A stretch of 40,498 nucleotides of DNA. Source: Conidiobolus incongruus B7586 (lineage: Eukaryota). The stretch spans positions 1 through 40,498 of the forward strand of contig JNEM01008970.1 of NCBI GenBank assembly GCA_000697335.1. The letters run 5' to 3'. The notes beneath the pieces were generated by a model. The model made no database searches. It was not told the DNA's origin and saw only the letters and a program-made list of their open reading frames with translations. Both the position numbers and the translations under genes were made by a program. How positions within the stretch are numbered: the first letter of the stretch is position 1; each line of letters begins with the position of its first letter. Of this stretch, positions 1 through 11,795 are shown in pieces.

Positions 1-1586
1 AATATAATATTAAATGATTATTCTATTAAATTATTAATATATTAAATTATTAAGATGCTTTTTTAAGTAGGTAAAGATAATTTTATAATAATAAAAGAAG
101 AGATAATATAATTAAAACAACTAAAGTTAATTAAAATATTAACATATATATTTATAAAATATCTAGTTAAAACAAACAATAAGGTAATAATTAAAGATAA
201 AGAATTATAAGATAGATTAGTTACTAGAATATTTTTCATTTCTAATAGTTTAATTAATTAAATCTCTCTAGTATATATAGTTTAATTTGCAAAATCATTA
301 ATCTATTAGAATTTTTATAGATTAAATCAGAATCTGCTAACTATTTATAAAAAAGATGATTTTAAGATTATATTAATATTATTCAAGTTTGATTTGTAGT
401 TGGTAGATTAAGTTTGTTAAAAATTAAGCAAATATTACTTTTTAAAAATATATTTATTAATTTTATAATTAACTTAAGTTTTTTAATAATAGTAACAACT
501 TTTATTTACTTTTAAATAAGTTTTAACTTTTTTATTAAAAGTTTTCTTATAAAACTTTAAAATAGAAACATTTATCATATAAAATTTAAGTAGGTTAAAA
601 TAAGTTTTAAAGGATTAATTCTTAAGATAAATAAATTTAGTTATAAAATAAAAGATATAATTAATTATAATTGTTATATCATAAATATTAGAAAAAAACA
701 TAATATTAAAATATTCCCTATTAATTAACTAAAGTTTTAAATAAAAATTAAAGTATTATAATGGCTTGTAGATTTATTCTTCTTCAATGATATTTAATAT
801 ATTTATATATATCTTATTAAATTTCATAATTAATTACCTTATAAAAATTTTTTATTTAAGTTAAGAAAGCTTTTCTCTTATTAATTAAACTTAATTTTTT
901 AAGTACTATTTTTTTAAAAGCTTTTTTTAATTATTTAAAGGTTTGTATTTTTATAGTAGGTTATCCTCTTAAAAACTCTGTAAGATTAAACTTGTAATAA
1001 GTTAACTATTTGGTATAAATAAATTTTTCTAAAAAAATAGTTAATTTAAACATATTCTTTAAATCTTTATTAAGAAATAAATTAAAATAATTTTTCATAT
1101 TTTTAAGAGTTTTTAAGCTTATAGAAGTTTTTAAAACTATTATAAATAGTTAGTTTATCTTGAAAAATACTAAGTAAGTGATTTAATATGTTAATAGTAG
1201 TAAAATAACTTGTTTGTTAAATTTAAGCTTTTTGAGTTATATTTTTCTTAATCAAAAATTATTTAATATAAGCTTTTTAAAAGGTAATAAATTCTTAAAA
1301 ATTAAAGTCTTAAATTTACTTAGTAATTAAACTACTATTATCATTAAAATAATATAAAGGTATCTCTTTTTTCAATAGTATTATAGTATATAATGTTAAA
1401 TTTAAATAAAATAAATTATAAATAAAATTTAAAATAATAATAAATGATTTGATATAAATAATAATTAATTTCTAATAGGTTTTTAGTAGTTTTATTATTG
1501 TTATTATATAAGCATAGTAGTAAATACTAATATAATATAGAGGAAAACTTCAATATAAAAGTAGTATAATATAAAATATAATACTA

Positions 1587-3159
1587 CACTAACCTACAAA
1601 AGTGAGTCATAAAATCAAAAATATATATATTTTAATTAATAACTAAAACAATTGTATATATTAGATTACTTGAAACTATAATATATAATTAAGGTATATT
1701 ATTTAATAATAAATAAATATATTTAGATATATTTAGTAAACTATTAGCAAAAATATTAACCCTTAATATTTAACTAAGGTGAGTTATAAATTTGCAGGTT
1801 TTTGAGATAAGGGGATATATTTAACAATATATAACCATATCATTTTTCTCTCTTTGCTATTATTTTATATAATATTTTACAAATATATTAAATTTTTTTT
1901 ATTAGTATCATTATACCTAAATCCCTCTCTAAAAAAATCTACTTGTGCATTAATTAACTTTATAAAAAAGGTAAATTAACTTGTGATATTGTTAGAATTA
2001 CTAGTGTTAACTAGTTTACTATAGCTAAAGTTATTAAGAATAGCAATAAAGAAACATTTAAACCTAAACTTAAGTGTGTTAAAATTATAAATAAACATGA
2101 TGAGAAGTATATTTGTAGGTTAGTTAATATAAGCAAGTGTGGTATTACTGTAGAAATACAGTAAGAATTATAAAACTATATAAGAATATTAGTTAGCACT
2201 AATACTATTATATGTGCTTTATATTAACATAGATACCACTTACACCTTAAGAAAAAACACCCCTAATTAAAGAAATCCCACTATAAAATTAAGTGGGAGT
2301 TTAAATATCACCACTAATATTAAACCAAAACTAATTAGAGTAAGGTTATTTAATTTAATGAAATAAAAATATACCTTAGTAGATTTGATAAAAAAGCTAG
2401 ATACTTTAAAAAAGATATAAAATTACTTTGTGACTATCATGTTAATTTTACCCAAAAGTATAGTGGTGGGTTAATTATTGTTTGGGGATATATGTTGTTT
2501 TTAGGTGTAAAATATCTTTATAAAATTAATAGGGGAATTAATACTAAAATATACTAAAGTATTTTAAACAATGAATTGAAAAAAACCATTGAATAATATA
2601 GGTTAAATAAATCTGATGTTATTTTCTAGCAAGATAATACCTCTTGTTATACTACAGCTTTTACTACCAAATAGCTTAAAAATAATAGGATAATAATTAT
2701 GAAGTGGCTTTTTTAATCTCTTAACCTTAATTTAATTAAACACCTTTAGGATCAATTAAAAAAAGCTATTAAAGTTTTCCCCCCAGTAAAAAATTTAAAT
2801 CAACTTTAAAAATATATTCAAGAAATATAAAACAAGATTAACCTTTCCTAGTATAAGAAGTTAGTTGATTCTATACCCTACAAACTTAAAGAAGTTAGAA
2901 AAGTTAAAGGTAGATACACTAGGTTTTAATTTTTTTTTATCACCAAAAACCTACAAATTTATAACTTACCTTAGGTAAAATTTAAAGGTTTATATTTTAA
3001 CCAATTAATAGCTAAATATCATTATTTAATGATATATATAACTAATAAATATAATAGATTTTAATTATTTAATTTAAGTTTATTTCATTAAATATTAATT
3101 AAGTTATTAGTAAAAATTTAGGTGTTTTTGATTTTATAACTTACTTTTGTAGGTTAGTA
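1587..3159 (+). mobile_element. Degenerate Tc1-family DNA transposon (DD34E) with ~224-bp IR/DR-type terminal inverted repeats and TA target duplication
   Basis: Left end CACTAACCTACAAAAGTGAGTCATAAAATC pairs with right end GATTTTATAACTTACTTTTGTAGGTTAGTA, and TA flanks both ends. Inner inverted repeats lie at ~1775-1810 and ~2937-2974. Relic motifs are KYSGGLIIVWG (=KHGGGSIMVWG), F*QDN and KWLF*SLNLNLIKHL* (=WPSQSPDLNPIEHLW), with 34 codons between the D and the E position. Confidence 0.93.
1900..2929 (+). pseudogene. Tc1 transposase relic (start approximate)
   Basis: Tc1 motifs at ~2450-2500 and 2621-2760. The C-terminus LKEVRKVKGRYTRF* ends at 2929. Stops are explained by C>T/G>A changes. 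Confidence 0.85.
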
Positions 3160-4036
3160 TATAATATAACTATAGTGTATAAATAAAAACAAAGTTTAAT
3201 TAAGCTTCAAACTAAAGTGAGTCACTAATATATTAAGATTTATATTAAGTAGTGTTAATATATTAAAAAATTAATAAAATATAGTTTTTAATTTTAGAAA
3301 TAATATAAAAATAAAAAATAATAAAAATTGAGAAGAAAAAGGAAAACCTAATTTATTAAATAATTCAATATTATTTATATAATTAATTTAGCTATAAAAG
3401 TATAAATTAATTATATAGTTTATAGTTAATTAAATTATATAAAAATATATATAAGAATTTAAAGAATTAGTTTTTTAATAAAATTAATATTTGTAAATTA
3501 ATTTATATTTTATTAATAAAAGAAATATTTTTAAAAATTTATCAAAATCTAAAATATTAATTTTTATTATGATTTTCCCTTTTTTAATTAATATATAATA
3601 GTATATTAAAATATATTATTTATTTTAATTAAAGAATTATCAAGTTAATTTAATATTAACTATATATATTATATATTTATTAAAAGATTAATTATAAAAA
3701 TTCTTATATATCTTTATATAATTTATTTAATTTTGAATCAATTAAGTAATTTATGTTTTATGGTTAGTTTAATGATATTAAGAATTTAAAATATATTAAT
3801 GAATTTTTCTTCTTATAATTTTTTTCATTTCTGATATATTATTATTATTTTCTTTAAAATTAAGACTATATTTATTAATATATATTATTAATACTATATT
3901 ATATAAAATCTAATATTTTTTTATTAATTTAATATTTATAAACTAAATTAAACATTATTTATATTATCTTACTATATTATATTTATATTAAGTTTTCCTT
4001 TATATTATATATATATATTTTACTATTTATTATACT

Positions 4037-4435
4037 TGTAAGTATAGTGGTAGTTAAACTAATATAGTGTAGAGGAAAACTTAATATAAAAGTAGTGTGG
4101 TGTAAAACATGGTAATATAATATAGCTGTAGTGTGCAAGTGTAAATAAAGTTTAATTAAGCTTCAAACTAGGATGAGTCACTGATATATTAAGATTTATA
4201 TTAGGTAGTGCCAATATCCTATAATATCAATAGAATATAGTTTCAATCTTAGAAATAGTGTAAAAGTAAAAAATAGTAAGAATTAAGAAGAAAAAGAAGA
4301 ACCTAGTTTATTAAATAATTTAATACTATTTATACAATTAATTTAACTATATAAGTATAAATTAATCATATAATTTATAGTTAATTGGATTATATAAAAG
4401 TGTATATAAGAATTTAAAGAATTAGTCTTTTAATA
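4037..4435 (-). repeat. 3' LTR of the gypsy element
   Basis: Direct repeat of 9353-9751 with about 25 differences. A polypurine tract GGGGAG (minus strand, 4436-4441) abuts it. Confidence 0.95.
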
Positions 4436-4452
4436 CTCCCCTAGTAAATTTC

Positions 4453-7400
4453 TTAAAGGAGACACACTCTTTAATTTTTTACAAATAGGTATAATAAGCT
4501 AAAGTATTTTTAATATTTTCTAGAGGTTCTTATATAGCTTTTTTAATAGGATAACCTATCTATTTTACATAAAAATAAAGCTTATTCCTAATAGATTTAA
4601 ACTTAATTATATAATCAACATAGTATTCTTCTTCTCTATCTTAATTAATAATTAGATTTAGTTTTAGAGTTTTTAATCAATTAAGAAAAGTGTTAAAATC
4701 TTTAAAGTATAGTTTAATTTTGGATATGTGAAAGGTAAAGTTAATCCTCAAAGTTAGAGGTAATTCCAAGGTAATATTTTCAAAATTTAAATCAATAGAT
4801 TAAATTTTATAGGGACTATAATATAATAGTAAGTATTTGGGATTTAAGCTAGATTTAAATAAGGTAGGTTTAAAGGCAAATTGTTTTAAATATACAAACA
4901 TACTAGTTTTATATTTAAGAGGGTTTCTAGATAACTTTAAGTATTGTTGTTCTATAATCTTTTAATTTTCTTCTAAGTTAAATTTAATAAGGGAATTGAT
5001 ATGTTTGATATTAGATTAAAATTCAACAATATCCAAAGGTAAGTTGATTTAAAGTTTTAGAGTAATTATTAAGTTAAGATGTTTACTATAATTATTAAAA
5101 TAAAGGCTAAAACCTGTTGATTTATTAATAAAGGTGTTAAATGAATATTAGAGTTGGTAGATATAAATATCCTAATTTAACTAATTAGTGTTAATATAAG
5201 CTTTAATTATTTACTTCAAAGTTGTAATAGTTTTTTTAGTGAGTTTATTAGTTTGGTGATAATTGGTAGTAGACATAGCTAGGTTAATCTTAAAGGAAAA
5301 AGATAGTGACTTCTAGAATTAAGAGTTGAATTGTGTATCTTTATCAAATATAATAGTTTGTAGAATTCTATAATGGGTAAAAATATTAAAGAATAACAAT
5401 TGTGCAACATCTTTAACTGTAGAAGTTTTGAAATAAAGAATAAAATAAACATATTTGGAAAATAAATCAATTATAATTAGTAAGTTATTATAATTATTTG
5501 TTGATTTAGGGATTTCTATGAAATTAAATTGGATTTGTTGCTAAATTTCATTAGGGATTTGTAGGGGAATAAGTTTACTATATTTTAGTTGAGTATTATA
5601 TTTAGTTCTTTAGCATATATCACAGGTATTAGTGTATTTCTAAACTAATTTAACTAGGGAAAGTTAGTAATACCTTGTTTTAATTCTCTTAGCAGTTTTT
5701 AACTAGTTTTAATAACCTTTAATAGGTAAGTTGTAGCATTCATTAAATATTGTTTGTTAGATTTTAGGGATATTAGGAATATATAAACAATTATTATAAT
5801 ATAGTAAGTTATTGATAATTTTAAATTTTTTGACATATTTTAATTAGTTTTCTAATAGTTTAAAGAGTTTTTCTTTAACTGAAATAAAGAAATTATGATT
5901 TAATAGTGTTTCTTGAAATAGTTTAATAAATTTTTTATTTCTTTTATTAATAATCATTGAGTTAATATTTGTTAAATTTTTATAATTAGAATAAAAAGGT
6001 AAGTATGTAAGATTTTTTAACAAAGTATCTACAACATAGTTTTATTAACCTAAGAGATATTAAATAAAGAAAAAGTAAGCTTAGATAGTTTTAATTTATT
6101 TAACTTATTTTCTTAATAAATACTTCTAAGTATTTAAATAGATAAGTGATTTATAATCTGTAAATGTTAAGAAAAAATTGCAGGATAAAAAATATAAGTG
6201 ATTTTTGATTATTTCTACTAAAGTAAAAAGTTTTTATTTATAGACTAAGTATTTTAATTTAGCTGGTTTTATTTTTTTTAACCAGAATGTTATTAGTTTT
6301 AAAGTAACATTTGTAGGGTTAAATTTAACTTGTTCTCTTTTATTTATTATTTTATCCTATAGTTATAAGGTAAAATATAAATTAAATTCAAACTAGGTTA
6401 ATTATTTACTAATTACAAAAAAATTAAAGTTAGTAAAAATAATAGTAGGTAGTTTTAAATTAAAGATAGATAAAGTAAAAACATTGGTAATATAGAAAAT
6501 TAAAGCATTTATGCAGAAAGTATATAGTAGGGTTTATTCAAAAAAAGAGTTTTTCTTCAAGAGATTAATAAGAAAAACAATAAGTTTAGTAAAAAAATCA
6601 ATGAAATTTTTAAAGTAATTTAATAATCCAAATACAAACATAAGTTGATTTTTGTTTATAAGTATAATAAAAGCTTTAACACCATTGAGTTTAGTTAGAT
6701 CAATATTAATTCTTTAGGAGGAAACAATATAACTATAGAAGGGGATAGAAAAAGCACCAAAGATGTATTTTGATAGTTTTAAAGGTAATTTATATTCTTG
6801 AATAATTTGTAAAATTTAATTAACATGTTAAATATATTCTTCTTTAGTTTTTAAATAGATTAAGATATTATTAAAGTAGGTAATAACAAAGTTATTAAAA
6901 ACAAGGTTAAAAAGGGAATTAATAAATTAATTAAAAGTTACAAGGGTATTACACAATCTAAAGTTTATAACAATAAATTTATAGTAGCTTAAAAAAATAT
7001 TAAAAACAGTTAAAAAGATAGAATTTTCTTTAACTCTAATGTTGTAATATTTATTCTTAATATTTAATTTGGTTAATATAGTTGATTTAAGTAGTTTATC
7101 CTTAACATTATGTAGGTTTAATAATAAAGTTTTATCCTTGATAGTTTTAGAGTTTAAAACACAATTATCAATATATAATCTCTAACCACCATTAGCTTTT
7201 TATATAAAGAAGATTAAAAATCTTTATGGTAAAGAAGAAGGTTTAATGTACCTATTTTTAAGTAGTTTTTAGATTTCTTCTTTTAAAGTTTAGTATTATT
7301 CAAGAGATAAATGGTAAGTAAACTTTAAGTATAGTTGTATACCAGGGATTAGTTTAATTTTGTGTTTAATATTATATTTAGGTTGTAATTTATTTACAGG

Positions 7401-9189
7401 TTCAAAAACATTAGCAAATTAACTTACTATATTGTATAAGAAGTGGTTATTAGATATAACTTTATTAAAATCAATAGATAAAGTGTTAATAGATAAATAA
7501 TAAATAGATACATATCTTTATAAATTATTTAAGTTTTTGATTAGCTTTTTATATTGATTTTTGCTTATAATAATAAAATTATTTGCTATAATTTTAGAGT
7601 TAGTGTTAGGTAAAATATTTAATAATTTTATAATAGGGTAATATAGATTTTTTGAGATTAATTCTACTAATTTCTTTTAAAATATAAAAAAAATAGATTT
7701 GTAACCTTCTGAGGTAATATTTATAGATATAAAACTGTGATATTTAAACTAATTTTAACCTAGTATAAAATTGTAACTAATGTTACCAACTAGGAATTTA
7801 ATATATTAAGAGTAGTTAGGGGGTAATAATAGGTATCTAGATATAATACCAGATGCTTGTTCTATTAAGTTATTAGCATATTTAATTATTAAGTTGTTTT
7901 TTTAGGTAGGTAAAGATAGTTTTAAAATAATAAAAGAGAAGATAATATAATTAAAATAATTAAAGTTAATTAAAACACTAACAGGTGTGTTTATAAAAAA
8001 ACCAATTAACACAAACAATAGGGTGATAGTTAAAGGTAAAAAATTACAAGGTAGATTAGTTACTAGGATATTTCTAGTTTCTAATGGTTTAATCAGTTAG
8101 ATTTCTCTAGTATACATAGTTTTATTTGTGGAATCATTGGTTTGTTAGAACTTTTGTGGATTAGATTAGAATTTACTAACTAATTATAAAAAGGGTGATT
8201 CTAGGGTTATATTAATATTATTCAGGTTTGATTTATGGTTGGTAAGTTAGGATTATTGAGAATTAAATAAATGTTGCTTTTTTAAAGGGTATTTATTAGC
8301 TTTATAGTTAACTTAAGTTTTTTAGCAATAATAACAACCTTTGTTTGTTCTCAAGTAGGCTTTAGTTTCTTTACTAAAAGTTTTCTTATAAAACCCTAAA
8401 GCAAAAACATCTATTATTTAAAATTTAAGTGGGTTAGAGTAAAGTTTAAAAGATTAATTTTTAAGGTGGGAAAATTTAATTATAAAGTAAAGGATATTAT
8501 TAATTATAATTACTACATCACAAATGTCAGAAAAAAACATATTATTAAAGTGTTCTTTATTAACTAACTAAAGCTTCACTTAAAGGTTAAAGTATTGTAA
8601 TAGTTTATAGATTTATTCTTCTTTAGTGATATTTAATATATTTAAGTATATCTCATTAAATTTCTCAATTAATTATCTTGTAGAAGTTTTTTATTTAAGT
8701 TAAGAAAGCTTTTCTCTTGTTAATTAAACTTGATTTTTTAGGTAATACCTCTCTTTAAAGGTTTTTTCTAATTGTTTAAAAGTTTATATCTTTGTAGTAA
8801 GTTATCCTCTTAAAAATTCTTTAGGATTAAGCTTATAATAAGTTAATTACTAAGTATAAACAAATTTTTCCAAAAAAAAGTGGTTAATTTAAAGATATTC
8901 TTTAAATTTTCATTAAAAATCAAATCAAGGTAATTCTTTATGTTTTTAAAGTAGTTTTCAAGTTTGTAAAGGTTTTTTAAGTTATCATAAGTAGTTAATT
9001 TATTTTTAAAGATATTAAAGAGGTAGTTTAATATATTAACTATAATAAAGTAGCTAGTTTGTTAGATTTAAACTCTTTGAAACATGTTTTTTTCAACCAA
9101 AAGTTGTTTAATATAAGTTTTTTAAAGGGTAGTAAGCTTTTAAAAATTAAAGTCTTAGATTTATTTAGTAATTAAGCTACTATCATCAT
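4453..9189 (-). pseudogene. gag-pol relic (PR-RT-RH-IN-chromodomain); ends approximate
   Basis: Motifs are as listed for the element. There are many stop codons, e.g. TGG>TAG/TAA at the chromodomain Trp residues. Confidence 0.88.
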
Positions 9190-9344
9190 TAAAATAATAT
9201 AAGGGTATCTCTTTTTTTAATAGTATTATAGTATATAGTATTAAATTTAAATAAAATAAATTATAGATAAAATTTAAAATAGTAATAATTAAGTTTAATA
9301 TAGATAGTTATTAATATCTAGTAGGTTTTTAATAGTTTTATTGT

Positions 9345-9352
9345 TGTTACTA
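9345..9352 (-). promoter_or_regulatory. Probable degenerate primer-binding site (tRNA-iMet-like)
   Basis: The minus strand reads TAGTAACA directly after the 5' LTR, which equals TGGTAGCG with three G>A changes. Confidence 0.45.
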
Positions 9353-9751
9353 TATAAGTATAGTGGTAGTTAAACTAATATAGTATAGAGGAAAACTTAA
9401 TATAAAAGTAGTGTGGTGTAGAATATAGTAATATAATGTAGCTGTAGTGTGCAAGTATAAATAAAGTTTAATTAAGCTTCAAACTAAGATGAGTCACTAA
9501 TATATTAAGATTTATATTAGGTAGTGCTAATATCCTATAATATTAACAGAATATAGTCTCAATCTAGGAAATAATGTAAAAGTAAAAAATAGTAAGAATT
9601 GAGAGGAAAAAGAAGAACCTAGTTTATTAGATAATTTAATACTATTTATACAATTAATTTAATTATATAAGTATAAATTAATCATATAATTTATAGTTAA
9701 TTGGATTATATGAAAGTATATATAAGAATTTAAAGAACTAGTCTCTTAACA
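9353..9751 (-). repeat. 5' LTR of the gypsy element
   Basis: Direct repeat of 4037-4435; ends ...TTAACA followed by the target duplication ATACT. Confidence 0.95.
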
Positions 9752-11795
9752 ATACTTATATATATAATAATCCTGGTGTTTTTGAATAATTATTTATATA
9801 CCAATAAATAGTTAATTATAGTTTTAATTAATCATTTATTATATAATAAATGATTTAATATTATCTTTTAATAATAACATAAGTTGAATTAATAAAATTT
9901 TCAAAAGATATTGAATATAAATAATTTAGATTTTATTTTTATTTTCTTAAAAACTAAAATTAAATCTTATTATGGAGAATTAAAAATAATTATTAAATAG
10001 GGAAAATTAAAACTATTTTAATTTGAAAAAATGATTTGGTTTACTAAGCCTTGAAAATTTAACAATTTTTTAATTAAGACAAAGTATTTTTTCAATAACT
10101 ATATATTATAAAGGTTTTTTCAAAAAAACTAAAAGTAATATTTAAAATATTAATTATAGTATTAAAAAAGTTAATTTGCTAAATATGAAATTGTTTCAAG
10201 TATTTAATGAAAAATATTTATAAATATAGTTATTTTTAATTTTTATTAAAATCAATGTAAAAAGCTTTATTGTTAAAAAATATTACTTATTATAGTAACC
10301 TTTTACGTTATATATTTCAACTTTAAAAAAAATAATAGAATATAGGAATAAGATATTTAAATTAGTTAGTTAGAATGCCTAATTATATATCCTATTCAAG
10401 GAGCCTATATATCATTTTATATAAAAATTATTAAATTATACTTGATCAAAGAATTCAAAAAACGAAATATAGTTTAAAGGTTAGTAATAGATTAATAAAA
10501 AATATAAGGATATAAGGAAAAGTAAATACTTTCCAATTTTTAATAAAATGAAAATATTAATAATATAATTGGAGGTAATTAAATAAATATATAATCAGTG
10601 GTTTACTAAGTTTAAGATAAAATTAATTTTAAAATATTTAGAGGAAAATATCAACTTAAAAAATAATTTTAGCGAAAGGATATTTAAAATGATAGTTAAT
10701 TATGTTATATAATACAAAAAAGTAATCAATTAACAACTTAATATACACTTTTTTATATAAAGAATTCAAATTTTAACAAAAAAGTACAATAATAAATATA
10801 ATTAATTGTCATTCATATCCGATATTAATAAATATAGGAATTTTATTCAAAGTAATAAAAATAAGTAATTAAATGATCGTCAACAAATAATTATAATTTT
10901 TATCTTAAGCAAAAAAGATTAATGAGTATATCCTTATATTTAAATAACATTAGAAATTCAAAATAATAGGTAAGATTTCATATAGATATTTATAATAAAT
11001 AAACAAAAAAGATATCAAAAAATTATTGTTATTGTAACACTTGAGATAAATTTGAGAATATAATTTTAATATATATATTATAATAGAAAAGAAATTATAA
11101 AATAGGGAAAACAATAAAAAAGATTAAAAAAATAAAAGTATTATAAATATGGTTCATAAAAACTTATCAAACAAATCATTAAAATATAATTTTGTTTTAT
11201 TTCATGGATTTAAGACTGGAAAAAGAGCGAAAAAAAATAAATATATTAGGAATAAAAATATGAGAGCAATATTAAGATGGCTGTATAATAGATTAAAAAA
11301 GATTACTCAACAAAACAAGGGAATACCCTTGGTTCAAGGTAATCATCTGTGATAACCATCATATAAGTAATATATATAAATCATTGTTATTTACATATAT
11401 AATTTGGATCAAGCAGGACTTTCAAATATGCTTATTATTACGTAAATTGGACTAAGACATCAATGTTGCTAGAAACATATTTCTTTGCTAACTAACAGTC
11501 AATTAAGCCAGTCCTCCAGAATTGGTGTTGGAGTTTACCCTCTTATAATCTCTGAGCTCTATACAAGTCTTGGATCAAAGTGATCAAATTTGATTAATTC
11601 CAGAAATGTTTAATTGTAAGCACTCTTGCATCAACTAAATTAAAAGAATAAAAATGATGTCTCAAATTACCTAATGATATCATCATTAAATTTTTATAAA
11701 AAATAATTTGAATTTATTTATGAAAGATTAGCTTTTAAACTAAAATCAAAATTCCAACTTTTTGTATTAAATATTTTATATAGTGTTTCAGTTTA

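Larger units (their letters stand above)
1..3480 (-). mobile_element. 5' part (LTR, gag, start of protease) of a degenerate Ty3/gypsy element, same family as 4037-9751; continues beyond the left edge of the window
   Basis: Bases 1-1506 align colinearly with ~7840-9352. The LTR at 1507-1586 plus 3162-3480 matches the 399-bp LTRs and is split by a Tc1 insertion. Confidence 0.9.
1507..3480 (-). repeat. Gypsy LTR interrupted by a Tc1-like element
   Basis: Removing 1587-3161 restores the LTR sequence (GTAA-TA-TAATGTAGCTG in the intact copy at 9353-9751) and a ~399-bp length. Confidence 0.88.
4037..9751 (-). mobile_element. Full-length degenerate Ty3/gypsy LTR retrotransposon (chromovirus), 5715 bp
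   Basis: Two 399-bp LTRs, outer termini TG...CA, and a 5-bp target duplication ATACT (4032-4036, 9752-9756). Minus-strand relics occur in gypsy order: protease VLINFN (=LIDSG, ~7970), RT NFRLCNTLVTF (=FGLCNAPATF, ~6950) and TYFNNILIY (=YLDDILIY, ~6870), integrase HQTNKLTK (=QTDGLTER, ~5250) and STGFS (~5110), chromodomain YVK*IGYPIKKAI*EPLENI (~4515-4575). Confidence 0.96.

Noticed and set aside
5279..5470. 63-aa ORF
   Set aside because: It is an out-of-frame shadow inside the integrase relic.
11149..11352. 67-aa K/N-rich ORF
   Set aside because: No recognisable motif; expected by chance in AT-rich DNA.
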